Position numbers and translations under genes: made by a program | Shown: piece after piece, positions 17,197-25,910 of the stretch | How positions within the stretch are numbered: the stretch's first letter is position 1 | How the letters are laid out: every line of letters begins with the position of its first letter | Source of the DNA: an uncultured Bacteroides sp. | GTDB lineage: Bacteria; Bacteroidota; Bacteroidia; Bacteroidales; Bacteroidaceae | Assembly: GCA_944320865.1 (NCBI GenBank) | Contig: CALUJC010000007.1 | Location: 17,560-81,559, forward strand | Direction of reading: 5' to 3' | Length of the DNA: 64,000 bases | The notes under the pieces: model-generated | What the model was told of the DNA's origin: nothing | The model's input: only the letters and a program-made list of their open reading frames with translations | Database searches by the model: none

Positions 17197-19034
17197 CAGC
17201 AATGGTAATCGCCATTCTGCTTGATGAGCGCTATGAGTCGTTCCACCGCTTCTTCTTCGGGGATGTTCTTCTCGATGCACTCTTTCTTCCGGTACAGGCT
17301 GACTTTGCCGCGACCGGCGCCCACGTAGCCGTAGTCGGCATCGGCCATTTCGCCGGGGCCGTTCACAATGCAGCCCATGATGCCAATCTTCAGCCCCGTC
17401 AGGTGGGCGGTGGCCGCCTTGATGCGGGCAATGGTGCCCGGCAGGTCGTAGAGCGTGCGTCCGCAGCCGGGACAGGAGATGTACTCCGTCTTGCTGGTGC
17501 GTGTGCGTGCTGCCTGCAGGATGCCGAAAGCTGTGGTGTCGATGGTGGCAGGGGCAATATCGCCTTGATTGAAGAGGAAGATGCCATCCGTCAGTCCGTC
17601 CATCAGCAATGCACTCATGTCGGCGGCGGCTTTCAGTTGGAAGTCTTCAGTCTGCTGCTCCACGTAGTGCTGGAAGTAGATGACGGGATTCTTCAGTCCT
17701 TCGCACGTCAGTTGGTGGGCCAGTGCACGGAATTCACCTAATCGGTTGGCATGGCTGCTTTGGGCAATGAGTACAATCTCGGGGTGGAACTTCAGGCAGG
17801 CCAAAGCCTCTTCATTCAGCCCCATGTAGGTGATGAACAAGAACTTCAACCCGGCCGTGCAGGCACTCATAAAGGGCAATTGGTCGGCCTTGAACGCCGG
17901 CCAGGTGCCCGGTTGCCCTTGCCACAGGTCGGCATCTACGATACACTCTACGCCTTCCGGCAACTTGTCGGGCAGATGGCGGCCCACATACACATAATCG
18001 GGGCGCAGCAGCGGGTCAAAGCTCATGTTGCCGTCTATCCGTGCCGAGATGACTACGGGTACTTGCTCGCCGCCGATGTTGCGCACGGCCCGTGTCTGCC
18101 GGCGTGCAGGATTCAGGTAGTCGAAGCCCGGTGCCACAGCTCCTGGGATGTAAGAATGGCCTTCGCGTTTCCCTATGTAGTCCACCAGCTTGCGAGCCAC
18201 GGGTATTTCGGCTTCGGGTGCCTCGCTCAGTGATACACGTATGGTGTCGCCCAATCCGTCGGCCAGCAGGGCGCCGATGCCTACGGCCGATTTGATGCGC
18301 CCGTCTTCGCCGTCACCGGCTTCCGTCACGCCCAGGTGCAGGGGAAAGTGCATGCCTTCCTGCTCCATAGTGGCCACCAGCAGGCGCACGGTTCTCACCA
18401 TCACCACGGTGTTTGATGTCTTGATGGAGATGACCACGTCCGTAAAGTCTTCGTCCACGCAGATGCGCAGGAACTCCATGCACGACTCTACCATGCCTTC
18501 CGGGGTATCGCCGTAGCGCGACATGATGCGGTCGGACAGCGACCCGTGGTTCACGCCGATGCGAATAGCGGTGTGGTGTTCCTTGCACAGGCGGAGGAAG
18601 GGGACGAAGCGGTCGCGTATCTTCCGCAGCTCCCCGGCATATTCCTCGTCGGTATACTCCAGATGCTTGAAGGTGCGGGCGGCATCCACATAGTTGCCCG
18701 GGTTGATGCGCACCTTCTCCACATATTGGGCGGCCACGTCGGCCACGCGGGGATTGAAGTGTATGTCGGCCACGAGCGGCACGTCGTATCCGTCGCGGCG
18801 CAGGGCGGCGTTGATGTTGCGTAGGTTTTCGGCCTCTTTCACCCCTTGGGCGGTGAGGCGCACGTATTCGCCGCCGGCGTCCACGATGCGTTTGGCCTGC
18901 GCCACGCAAGCGTCGGTGTCTTGCGTGGGGGTGTTGGTCATGCTTTGCAGGCGTATGGGGTTGCTTCCCCCCATGGGGGTAGCGCCGATGTTGACTACGG
19001 AAGTCTCACGGCGGGAGTAGTTGAATAAGTCCAC
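17196..19034 (-). CDS. ispG: 4-hydroxy-3-methylbut-2-en-1-yl diphosphate synthase (long Bacteroidota form)
   Basis: Motifs PIRLQSMTNT, GEYVRLT, ...CPGCGRT.., IGIMGCIVNGPGEMADADYG. The ORF-track start at 19076 is a TTG inside an AT-rich heptamer repeat. I prefer the GTG at 19034 (VDLFNYSRRETS...), but the start remains uncertain. Confidence 0.9.
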   Translation of the reverse strand: MDLFNYSRRETSVVNIGATPMGGSNPIRLQSMTNTPTQDTDACVAQAKRIVDAGGEYVRLTAQGVKEAENLRNINAALRRDGYDVPLVADIHFNPRVADVAAQYVEKVRINPGNYVDAARTFKHLEYTDEEYAGELRKIRDRFVPFLRLCKEHHTAIRIGVNHGSLSDRIMSRYGDTPEGMVESCMEFLRICVDEDFTDVVISIKTSNTVVMVRTVRLLVATMEQEGMHFPLHLGVTEAGDGEDGRIKSAVGIGALLADGLGDTIRVSLSEAPEAEIPVARKLVDYIGKREGHSYIPGAVAPGFDYLNPARRQTRAVRNIGGEQVPVVISARIDGNMSFDPLLRPDYVYVGRHLPDKLPEGVECIVDADLWQGQPGTWPAFKADQLPFMSACTAGLKFLFITYMGLNEEALACLKFHPEIVLIAQSSHANRLGEFRALAHQLTCEGLKNPVIYFQHYVEQQTEDFQLKAAADMSALLMDGLTDGIFLFNQGDIAPATIDTTAFGILQAARTRTSKTEYISCPGCGRTLYDLPGTIARIKAATAHLTGLKIGIMGCIVNGPGEMADADYGYVGAGRGKVSLYRKKECIEKNIPEEEAVERLIALIKQNGDYHC

Positions 19035-19046
19035 TTGATAGTTAAC

Positions 19047-19079
19047 AATTGATAATTGACAATTGACAATTGTCAATTC
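19047..19079. repeat. aattgNN heptamer run containing a perfect 18-bp palindrome
   Basis: The sequence reads aattgat aattgac aattgac aattgtc aatt. The stretch 19061..19078, aattgacaattgtcaatt, is its own reverse complement. It lies between the purE stop and the ispG start. Confidence 0.8.
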
Positions 19080-19081
19080 TT

Positions 19082-19591
19082 TTAGTTGGTTTTATATTCG
19101 TACTTCACCGCCTTGAGGTCTTCGTTGGCTTTGGTGATTTTCTTTTTCAGTCCCTCCTTATAGGCGGCAAAGGTTTCGGCCAGTGCGGGGTCGGCCAAGG
19201 CCAGCATCTGCACAGCCAGGATGGCGGCGTTCATGGCGCCGTTGATGGCCACCGTGGCCACGGGTATGCCGGGAGGCATCTGGATGATGGAGTAGAGAGC
19301 GTCCACCCCGTTGAGCACCGAGCCTTTTACGGGCACGCCGATGACGGGCAGCGTGGTGTTGGCGGCAATTACCCCCGGCAATGCGGCGGCCATGCCTGCG
19401 GCGGCTATGATGACCTTGATGCCGCGTCCGGCGGCTTGCTTGGCAAATTGCTCCACAGCTTCGGGCGTGCGGTGGGCGGAGAGCGCGTTCATCTCGAAGG
19501 GAACGTGCATGTCGTTGAGCAGTTGGGCGGCTTTCTCCATGACCGGCAGGTCGGAGGTGCTGCCCATGATGATACTTACTATGGGAGTCAT
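19082..19591 (-). CDS. purE: N5-carboxyaminoimidazole ribonucleotide mutase
   Basis: Motifs IIMGSTSDLPVM, SAHRTP, AGMAAALPGV. Length is 169 aa. Confidence 0.95.
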   Translation of the reverse strand: MTPIVSIIMGSTSDLPVMEKAAQLLNDMHVPFEMNALSAHRTPEAVEQFAKQAAGRGIKVIIAAAGMAAALPGVIAANTTLPVIGVPVKGSVLNGVDALYSIIQMPPGIPVATVAINGAMNAAILAVQMLALADPALAETFAAYKEGLKKKITKANEDLKAVKYEYKTN

Positions 19592-19613
19592 GTCTTTGGA
19601 AATTAAGAATTAA

Positions 19614-19669
19614 GAATGAAGAATTAAGAATGATGCATGACAAGATTCTTCATTCTTAGTTCTTCATTC
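19614..19669. repeat. 20-bp-stem hairpin built from aagaat[g/t]a heptads
   Basis: gaatgaagaattaagaatga (19614..19633) pairs with tcattcttagttcttcattc (19650..19669) at 19 of 20 positions. It lies between gcvH and purE. Confidence 0.75.
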
Positions 19670-19681
19670 TTCATTAAACTT

Positions 19682-20062
19682 TTATTCATTGATAAGCGCC
19701 TTGTAGGCCTCGGCATCGAGCAGGCTGTCGAAGTCGGCATCGTCGGCGGGTTTAATCTTGACGAGCCAGCCTTCGCCATACGGGTCTTGGTTCACCAGCT
19801 CGGGCTGGTCGGCCAGGGTTTCGTTCTGCTCCAGCACTTCACCGGACACGGGGAGAAACAGGTCGGAGATGGTCTTCACCACTTCGATGGTGCCGAACGT
19901 TTCGCCCGCTGCCAACGTCTCGCCCACGGTGGGGATGTCGACGAACACAATGTCGCCCAGCTGCTGCTGCGCATAGTCGGTAATGCCTACGTAGGCCACG
20001 TCGCCTTCCTGGCGTATCCACTCGTGCTCTTTGGTGTACTTCACGTTTGTCGGACAGTTCAT
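19682..20062 (-). CDS. gcvH: Glycine cleavage system protein H
   Basis: Start re-set to [16 protein letters not shown] (126 aa). Lipoyl-lysine context is EVVKTISD. The upstream 138 codons of the listed ORF are Arg/Gly-rich junk. Confidence 0.95.
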   Translation of the reverse strand: MNCPTNVKYTKEHEWIRQEGDVAYVGITDYAQQQLGDIVFVDIPTVGETLAAGETFGTIEVVKTISDLFLPVSGEVLEQNETLADQPELVNQDPYGEGWLVKIKPADDADFDSLLDAEAYKALINE

Positions 20063-20139
20063 AATCTTTAGTTTTAAGGGGTTATACGTTGATTGAATAT
20101 ATAAAGTTTCCGTTATTGTCGCTACCTCCCTGCCTTCGG

Positions 20140-20817
20140 CTAAAACAGGATGTAGCTGAACAGGTAAATCAGCAACTTGCTGCCCGGGTGCAATGCCGCC
20201 AGCGAGCACAGCAGGCCCACGGCAAAACCTCCCAGCACCTCGCCCTGCGTGTGGTGGCGCAAGATGATGCGTGCGCTGCCCAGCATGCCTGCCACCAGTA
20301 TGAAGATGCACAGCCAGCCCACGGGGTTGTAGCCAAACAGTTCGCTGAACGCCACCAGTCCGCCTACAATGCCTCCCGCGCCGGCCATGTGCTCGCTCAG
20401 TTTCCACCTCAGGTTGAAGGCCACGCAGATTATCAAGGTCAGCAAGGCGGCCAAGATAATGCCGTTCATGTACCAAGGCAGGTTAAGCTGGCGCATGGTG
20501 AGCAGGCAGAACACGTACGAGATGATGGTGAGCAGAAAGGGCATGTACCGGTGGCGGCGCACCCTCAGGTCGTCCGGCGTAAAGCCGTTTATCTTGCGGA
20601 AGAGGAAGATGGTGAGCGTGGGCATCAGTATGGTGAACCCATACACCACGGCCAGCACCAGCACCTTGAACACCAGGGGCGTGATGTTGAGGTAGGAGAA
20701 CAAGAACAGTATCAGGAAAGCCAGAAAGGGTATGGAGAACGGCGTGAACACCGCCGACACCACTTGGGCTGTCCGGATTAAGGCCTTATCGTCTTGGCTA
20801 TGTCTCAGTCCTTCCAT
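20140..20817 (-). CDS. Polytopic membrane protein, PAP2-like phosphatase family
   Basis: About 6 hydrophobic helices. PAP2-like motifs [10 protein letters not shown] and [18 protein letters not shown] are present. Confidence 0.55.
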   Translation of the reverse strand: MEGLRHSQDDKALIRTAQVVSAVFTPFSIPFLAFLILFLFSYLNITPLVFKVLVLAVVYGFTILMPTLTIFLFRKINGFTPDDLRVRRHRYMPFLLTIISYVFCLLTMRQLNLPWYMNGIILAALLTLIICVAFNLRWKLSEHMAGAGGIVGGLVAFSELFGYNPVGWLCIFILVAGMLGSARIILRHHTQGEVLGGFAVGLLCSLAALHPGSKLLIYLFSYILF

Positions 20818-20820
20818 GTC

Positions 20821-22320
20821 TTATTTCCTTAGCCGGGCTACCGGGATGTTCATCTGCTGGCGATACTTGGCTACTGTGCGGCGGGCTATGGGGTAGCCTT
20901 TCTGCTTCAGCATTTCGGTCAGCTCGTCGTCGGTATAGGGTTTCTTCTTGTCTTCGCTGTCTATGCACTCCTTCAGTATGTGGCGTATTTCGCGCACCGA
21001 CATCTCTTCGCCGCTCTCCGTGGTGTAGCCGTCGCTGAAGAAGAACTTCAGTGGGTAGATGCCGTAGTTGGTCTGTACATACTTGCTGTTGCTCACCCGC
21101 GAGATGGTGCTGATGTCCAGCCCTGTGCGTTCGGCCACGTCCTTCAGTATCATGGGGCGCAGCAGCGACTCGTCTCCCTCCAGGAAGAAGGGGCGCTGCA
21201 GGTCTATGATGGCCTGCATGGTGGTGAGCAGGGTGTTCTGCCGTTGCTTCACGGCGTCTATGAAGCCTTGGGCCGCGTCTATCTTCTGCTTGAGGAACAT
21301 CATGGCCTCTTTGGACTCTTTCGACTGGTTGGCGCGGTTCTTGGTGTGCTCTTCCAGCATCTGGGTGAAGTCGCGGTTCATGCGTAGTTCGGGCACGTTG
21401 CGGTTGTTCAGCGAGAGGTTGATGGTGCCGTCGTCATAGGTGTCCACAATGAAGTCGGGCACTATCTGCTGCATGTTTTTGCCTATGGCCTCGCCCATCG
21501 AGGCGCCGGGACGCGGATTGAGTTTGCACACTTCGCGGATGGCTTGCTGGCAAAGGCTCTCGTCCATGCCGAGTTTTTGTTGTATCTTGTCCCAATGCTT
21601 GCGGGTGAATTCGTCGTAGCATTCCTGCACTATGGCTTCTTCTGCTTTCAATAGAGACAGGTCGGCATTGTCCGGCTGTTGCTCCATCTTGCGGCGTATC
21701 TGTATCAGGAGGCATTCTTGCAGGCTTTGTGCCCCAAGTCCGGGCGGGTCGAAGCTCTGCACCACGTGCAGGGCCTGCTCCAGTTCTTGCGGGGTGGCCT
21801 CGATGCCGGCGTAGATGGCCAGTTCGTCGCTGATGCTGTCCAGCGACTTGCGCAGCAGCCCGTCGTCGTCCAGCGAGCCGATGAGGTACTCGGCCAACTG
21901 GCGCTGGTGCTCGGTCAGGTCGTGCTCGCCCAGCTGTTCTTTCAGCGTCTCGTAGAAAGAGGTGGTGTCCGAGAAGGGGATTTCCTCCGCCCGGTCGTCA
22001 CGGCTGCGGTTGTTCTCCTGCAGCTTGTAGTCGGGTATGTCGTCCTCCGTCAGGTAGTCGCCCAGCGAGTCGTAGTCCGTGTCGCCCCCGTCTTCGGGGC
22101 TTTCGGTCTGGGTGTCGGGGTCGTTGTCGGCATAGTCGTTGTCCGGCGTGTCTTCCTTGCCTTCCTCGAGGGCGGGGTTTTCCAGCAGCTCGGCGCGCAC
22201 GCGGTCTTCCAGTTCTATGGAGGGCAGTTCCAGCAGCTTCACCGCCAATATCTGTTGGGGTGACAGGGTCTGCACCTGTTGCTGTGTCTGGGCTTGTATC
22301 TGTCGGGAACCTTGTGGCAT
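20821..22320 (-). CDS. rpoN: RNA polymerase sigma-54 factor
   Basis: Gln-rich N-terminus followed by an acidic region. The HTH and RpoN box ...ARRTVAKYRQQMNIP are present. Confidence 0.95.
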   Translation of the reverse strand: MPQGSRQIQAQTQQQVQTLSPQQILAVKLLELPSIELEDRVRAELLENPALEEGKEDTPDNDYADNDPDTQTESPEDGGDTDYDSLGDYLTEDDIPDYKLQENNRSRDDRAEEIPFSDTTSFYETLKEQLGEHDLTEHQRQLAEYLIGSLDDDGLLRKSLDSISDELAIYAGIEATPQELEQALHVVQSFDPPGLGAQSLQECLLIQIRRKMEQQPDNADLSLLKAEEAIVQECYDEFTRKHWDKIQQKLGMDESLCQQAIREVCKLNPRPGASMGEAIGKNMQQIVPDFIVDTYDDGTINLSLNNRNVPELRMNRDFTQMLEEHTKNRANQSKESKEAMMFLKQKIDAAQGFIDAVKQRQNTLLTTMQAIIDLQRPFFLEGDESLLRPMILKDVAERTGLDISTISRVSNSKYVQTNYGIYPLKFFFSDGYTTESGEEMSVREIRHILKECIDSEDKKKPYTDDELTEMLKQKGYPIARRTVAKYRQQMNIPVARLRK

Positions 22321-22347
22321 GCTTCTTCTTGTTTATGCTTTACGCCA

Positions 22348-22355
22348 CAAAAGTA
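22348..22355 (-). promoter_or_regulatory. -7 box TAnnTTTG upstream of rpoN
   Basis: Minus strand reads tacttttg, 28 nt upstream of the ATG. Confidence 0.4.
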
Positions 22356-22431
22356 ATGAATAGTTCGTGAACGTAAGGCACGTTGCGCGTATATTTTCGT
22401 GGGAGGGTTGAATATTCCCGGCAAAAGGTGC

Positions 22432-22439
22432 TACCTTTG
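22432..22439 (+). promoter_or_regulatory. -7 box TAnnTTTG upstream of cobB
   Basis: tacctttg, 35 nt upstream of the ATG. Confidence 0.45.
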
Positions 22440-22473
22440 CAAGTGTAGAATCAATTAAAGAAAGGTATAGACT

Positions 22474-23202
22474 ATGAAAAAGAATCTGGTAGTATTGTCG
22501 GGCGCGGGGATGAGCGCCGAGAGTGGTATTAGTACGTTTCGCGATGCCGGAGGCCTGTGGGAGCAGTATCCCGTGGAGCAGGTGGCCACGCCCGAGGGCT
22601 TTGCCCGCAATCCCGGGCTGGTGCTCGACTTCTACAACGCGCGCCGCCGCCAGTTGCTGGAGGTGGAGCCTAACGAGGGGCACCGGGGAGTGGCGGCCTT
22701 GGAGCAGGACTTCAACGTGACGGTGGTGACGCAGAATGTGGACAACCTGCACGAGCGTGCCGGCAGCACGCACGTCATCCACCTGCACGGCGAGTTGGAC
22801 AAGGTGTGCTCCAGCCGCGACCCCTACGACCCGCGCTACATCCGCCGCCTCCGCCCGGAGGAGTACGACGTGAAGCTGGGCGACCTGGCGGGCGACGGCA
22901 GCCAGCTGCGCCCCTTCATCGTGTGGTTTGGCGAGGCGGTGCCCGCCATTGAGACCGCCATCCACTACGTGGAGCAGGCGGACATCTTTGTTATTATAGG
23001 TACGTCGCTTAACGTCTACCCGGCAGCGGGCCTCCTGGCCTACGTGCCGCGCCACGCCGAGGTCTATCTTATCGACCCCAAGCCGGTGGACACGCACAGC
23101 GACCGCCCGGTACACGTCATCCGCAAGGGTGCTTCGGAGGGCGTGAAGGAGCTGCGGCAGTTGCTGGCGGCTCAAAGTACGGGCACGGAGCAAGCCTTAT
23201 AA
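22474..23202 (+). CDS. cobB: NAD-dependent protein deacylase (Sir2/CobB family)
   Basis: Motifs VLSGAGMSAESGISTFRD, VTQNVDNLHERAGS, HLHGEL. Confidence 0.9.
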   Translation: MKKNLVVLSGAGMSAESGISTFRDAGGLWEQYPVEQVATPEGFARNPGLVLDFYNARRRQLLEVEPNEGHRGVAALEQDFNVTVVTQNVDNLHERAGSTHVIHLHGELDKVCSSRDPYDPRYIRRLRPEEYDVKLGDLAGDGSQLRPFIVWFGEAVPAIETAIHYVEQADIFVIIGTSLNVYPAAGLLAYVPRHAEVYLIDPKPVDTHSDRPVHVIRKGASEGVKELRQLLAAQSTGTEQAL

Positions 23203-23215
23203 GGCTGCCTGCCCA

Positions 23216-23282
23216 GCTTAGTATCGCCACCGCGCTGGTGTAGTATCGTTACCGTGCTGGCGTAGTATCGCTGGCACGGCAA
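23216..23282. repeat. 3 x 22-bp array, same family as 14084 (locus 2 of 3)
   Basis: tagtatcg starts at 23219, 23241 and 23263. Units are cttagtatcgccaccgcgctgg, tgtagtatcgttaccgtgctgg and cgtagtatcgctggcacggc. Confidence 0.8.
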
Positions 23283-23375
23283 TGAAAAGCCCCCTGTCTG
23301 CCAGGCGCTTAGTCCTTGCAGACAGGGGGCTTGTCGTGTCGTTGCCCGGAGAGGATAGAGTGGGGCTTGTGCGTA

Positions 23376-24989
23376 TTACCGCGCCACGAGCTTGATGCGC
23401 AGCAGCGAGGGCTCGGCACCGATGTAGGGGCCTCCCCAGTCCGTCTGGTCGCCGTTCAGTATGCGGGTCATCTGGAACTCGCCATCCTCATAGTAACCTT
23501 CTTCCACCACCAGATATTGCCAGGGCTTCCCTTCGTTTTTCCCTTTGCCACGGAAGGTGAAGCGGCAGCCGGTGCCCACGGCCATAAACTCGTTTTCGCC
23601 CAAGGTGATAATCATGGCCTTGCCGTTGGCGGGGCCGCCGGTCTTCGCCTCATTGCGCCTTCCGCTGCCAAAAGTGATGATGGCTTCCCACTGGCCCAGG
23701 TCGATGGTCTGTTGCGCGTGGTCTTCGGGCTCGATGACGGATTGTATACGCCCCTCAAAAGCCCAGCGCGCCAGTTGCCGCGACATGGGGGCCAACAGTT
23801 TGTACTCGGCGGCAGTGGGGTTGTTGAGGTCGTTCTCCACCTTCTGCGCGGCATCCACGCCGAAGGGCGCGTAGCCAATGCCTTGCTTGATGACTTCGTA
23901 CATGTACTTCACGTGGCCGGTTCCTGTTTCGGGCACCATCAGCGCGTTGTCGGGGCGGGCATAGAGGTCGATGATTTTCAGCACGCGCTCGTCGCCCGTC
24001 AGGTAGATGTCCGGCGCCAGCAGGCCGATGGAGGGTGCCGCAGCTTTCCAGATGGGGATAACGTTGTCCGTGGCGCCCCCGCTTTCGTATTGATTGGGTT
24101 TGAGGTCGGCCAGCGGGTCGCGCAGGGCCACGTTGACATACATGGGCAGTGGGTTGACCGCCTTTCCGGCAGCAGCCACATACTCAATGTAGCTTGCCAC
24201 GTGCCAGGCGTGGAAGTACTCGTCGGCATGCTCGCCGAACACCTCGCTCCACGTGCCCCGGGGCTTGCCTGCGATGCCCAGCTGCTTCAATACCTCAGGC
24301 TTCAGCAACGCTTCGGGCACGGGCTGTTCAAAGAGCTTCTGCGCAGTCTTCGAGTAGTCGCGCACGCTGTACCACGACCCCGGCTCGTTCTGCACCTGCA
24401 CCATGATGACGGTGTGCTGCGGGTCGGCCTCCTTCAGGTAGCCCATGAACCGGGCAAAAGCCTTGGCGTCGGCCTCCATGGCCGCCGTGCAGTGGGGCGA
24501 AGGGGTGTCGACATACGTGCCGTCCTTGGCCATGACGTTGAAGTACTTTTTGGCATCTTGCTTCATCCATTGGGGCATGTAGTGGTTGCTGCCGTTCTTC
24601 CAGGTGGCAAACCACAGCAGCACCAGCCGCATGTCGTGCTGGCGTGCCTGGTCGAGCACCATCTGCACCATCGAGAAGTCATATTGTCCCGGTTGCGGCT
24701 CCACCTGCTCCCAGTAGATGGGTATTTCCAGCGTATTGGCGTGCATGTCTTCCATCACCTGCCACACGCCCGGCAGCATCTTCGGCCAGGTAGACGAGTT
24801 GGACGATTGCCCGCCCAGCATGAGGAAAGGCTCTCCGTCCACCAGCAGGGCATGCCGTCCGTCTTTCTCCACAAGGCGGGGCATCTCGGCCTCCGCCGCC
24901 TGCTGGGCATGGATGACTCCCGTGCCGGCCACACTCAATGCCAGCGCGGCGCACAGTGTTTGCATAAAGTTGGTAACAAGGTGTTTCAT
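23376..24989 (-). CDS. Secreted clan GH-A glycosidase, GH35/GH42-like (DUF5597-type beta-galactosidase-like)
   Basis: Signal peptide present. Motifs LVDGEPFLMLGGQ, NTLEIPIYWEQVEPQPGQYDF, MRLVLLWFATWKNG, VQNEPG (acid/base Glu context). Confidence 0.65.
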   Translation of the reverse strand: MKHLVTNFMQTLCAALALSVAGTGVIHAQQAAEAEMPRLVEKDGRHALLVDGEPFLMLGGQSSNSSTWPKMLPGVWQVMEDMHANTLEIPIYWEQVEPQPGQYDFSMVQMVLDQARQHDMRLVLLWFATWKNGSNHYMPQWMKQDAKKYFNVMAKDGTYVDTPSPHCTAAMEADAKAFARFMGYLKEADPQHTVIMVQVQNEPGSWYSVRDYSKTAQKLFEQPVPEALLKPEVLKQLGIAGKPRGTWSEVFGEHADEYFHAWHVASYIEYVAAAGKAVNPLPMYVNVALRDPLADLKPNQYESGGATDNVIPIWKAAAPSIGLLAPDIYLTGDERVLKIIDLYARPDNALMVPETGTGHVKYMYEVIKQGIGYAPFGVDAAQKVENDLNNPTAAEYKLLAPMSRQLARWAFEGRIQSVIEPEDHAQQTIDLGQWEAIITFGSGRRNEAKTGGPANGKAMIITLGENEFMAVGTGCRFTFRGKGKNEGKPWQYLVVEEGYYEDGEFQMTRILNGDQTDWGGPYIGAEPSLLRIKLVAR

Positions 24990-25073
24990 GTCGTATAAGT
25001 TTTATAGATGTTGGTTATAGTGGTTTGTTCTCTTATGCAAAGGAAGTGGAAAATGCGGGAAAGAGGGGGACAT

Positions 25074-25418
25074 TCAAAATATAGCCGCCAGCTTGCGGAT
25101 TTCATCCAGACGCTGCATGAACGTCTTGTCTTTTCGTGCCACCCGCATGTTGTACTTCGTCTGTAGTCGCATCAGGGTTTCCGCACTTACCCCCAATGCC
25201 GCCTCAAATAGCATCGCTGTTTTTTCAGTCACAGGGCGGCGTGCATTCAGTATCTCGTTCAACACAGAGTACCCCATACCTATTTGTTCCGCCAACTTGC
25301 GTTGCGAAATGCCCCGGTATTCAATTTCGTCTTTCAGCACTTCCCCGGGGTGTGTCGGAAATGCCGGCTCAAGATTGTTGGCTATCATTTTAGGGTCAAC
25401 TCCCGGTATTGTTATCAT
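25074..25418 (-). CDS. higA: HigA-family antitoxin (XRE-type HTH)
   Basis: Motif HPGEVLKDEIEYRGISQRKLAEQIGMGYSVLNEILNARRPVT. An alternative ATG lies at 25388 (MIANNL). The gene lies 11 nt downstream of higB. Confidence 0.8.
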   Translation of the reverse strand: MITIPGVDPKMIANNLEPAFPTHPGEVLKDEIEYRGISQRKLAEQIGMGYSVLNEILNARRPVTEKTAMLFEAALGVSAETLMRLQTKYNMRVARKDKTFMQRLDEIRKLAAIF

Positions 25419-25429
25419 GACTGGCTTGG

Positions 25430-25744
25430 TTATTTATAATGGTTTGACAATTCTGTTATGTTGCATATAGTGGCAATGATTTCACCTTCTTTTGTTTGCT
25501 CCTCAAATTCAATGCGATATTGGTCGTTCACTCGAACGGATGATAGTCCGACCTTGTCACCTTTAAGCTTTTCGTAGTTTAATGCATGATACCTGTTGAG
25601 CTCTAATACATTAGGCACTTCCGACATTAGCTCTATTACACGGATGTATTTCCGCACTATTTGTGGCTGAAAGCGGTGTTTCTTGTCAGTTTTGCCCGTG
25701 AGGTACATTATCTGCAAATATTCTTCTTTGAAAACGATTTCCAT
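25430..25744 (-). CDS. higB: HigB-like RelE/ParE-superfamily toxin (plasmid-maintenance killer family)
   Basis: Start re-set to MEIVFKEEYL (104 aa). Motif YEKLKGDKVGLSSVRVNDQYRIEFE. Toxin-first gene order is typical of higBA. Confidence 0.75.
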   Translation of the reverse strand: MEIVFKEEYLQIMYLTGKTDKKHRFQPQIVRKYIRVIELMSEVPNVLELNRYHALNYEKLKGDKVGLSSVRVNDQYRIEFEEQTKEGEIIATICNITELSNHYK

Positions 25745-25764
25745 CCTTTCGTCTATTGTAATTA

Positions 25765-25772
25765 CAAAGGTA
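25765..25772 (-). promoter_or_regulatory. -7 box TAnnTTTG upstream of higB
   Basis: Minus strand reads tacctttg, 21 nt upstream of the ATG at 25744. Confidence 0.4.
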
Positions 25773-25884
25773 CAACTATCTTTTTGTATTCGCAAAAAAA
25801 GCGAACTCTTTTTGTTCTGCAAGCAGGTTTGCCAAAGAAAACAGTATTTTCAGTAGAACGCACCATTATTAAGAATACAATTAT

Positions 25885-25892
25885 TATATTTG
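25885..25892 (+). promoter_or_regulatory. -7 box TAnnTTTG upstream of the ATPase gene
   Basis: tatatttg, 19 nt upstream of the ATG at 25911. Confidence 0.4.
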
Positions 25893-25910
25893 CAATAAAA
25901 TAAAGAAGCT

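Noticed and set aside
16911-17280. Small ORFs encoding MSAPSHRG-type 8-aa repeats
   Set aside because: They are simply translations of the 24-bp intergenic tandem repeat and overlap the 3' end of ispG.
20063-20476. 138-codon N-terminal extension of gcvH
   Set aside because: GcvH is a ~126-aa protein. The extension is Arg/Gly-rich and overlaps the 3' end of the PAP2-like gene.
22474-23202. The Sir2-domain protein as a defence effector (Thoeris/DSR-type)
   Set aside because: It is a short stand-alone CobB-type deacylase with canonical motifs, sits in a housekeeping context, and has no partner sensor gene.
23262-23285. TGGCAC as a sigma-54 -24 element (rpoN is in the window)
   Set aside because: The downstream sequence (ggcaatgaaa) lacks the TTGC -12 element at the required spacing. 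The site also lies within a repeat array between convergent gene ends.
23316-24998. 560-aa ORF on the + strand
   Set aside because: It is antisense to the GH35/42-like glycosidase gene, and no motif was recognised.
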